Shown here: piece after piece, positions 63,966 through 64,000 of the stretch
How the letters are laid out: each line of letters starts with the position of its first letter
How positions within the stretch are numbered: the stretch's first letter is position 1
Origin: Octopus vulgaris
Taxonomy: Eukaryota
Direction: 5' to 3'
DNA length: 64,000 nt
NCBI GenBank assembly: GCA_951406725.2
Contig: OX597842.1
Coordinates: forward strand, 2,170,001-2,234,000
The notes under the pieces: model-generated
Databases searched by the model: none
Seen by the model: the letters and a program-made list of their open reading frames with translations, nothing else
What the model was told of the DNA's origin: nothing
Translations under genes and position numbers: made by a program

Positions 63966-64000
63966 ATATACATTCATATTTTGAGTTCTATTTTTCCTGT

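Overview
AT-rich eukaryotic, almost entirely repeat-derived DNA. The SINE repertoire and microsatellite load suggest a coleoid cephalopod (Octopus-like) intron or intergenic region; this is from recall, not a search. No host protein-coding gene is supportable, and nearly all ORF-track entries are translations of microsatellites or SINEs. Content: (i) dozens of tRNA-headed SINEs of at least four families; (ii) decayed LINE 3' ends (two RTE types, CR1, RLE/R4-like) and a Penelope-like (PLE) ORF fragment; (iii) DNA transposon relics (mariner, maT DD37D, pogo/Tigger-like and piggyBac-like MITEs, four non-autonomous Helitrons); (iv) tandem arrays of 148, ~100 and 62 bp; (v) very long (TA)n, (CA)n, (TATC)n and (ACC)n tracts. 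The main hidden signal is about a dozen minimal type-I hammerhead ribozyme (HHR) motifs of several families, two or three apparently intact. They include a repeated palindromic element that couples a tRNA-like Pol III head to an HHR tail; one copy is fused to the PLE ORF fragment. Also notable: a Helitron that appears to have captured flanking DNA from a sister copy in the same window, and two satellites derived from the two halves of one dispersed element, each showing fold-back inversion.
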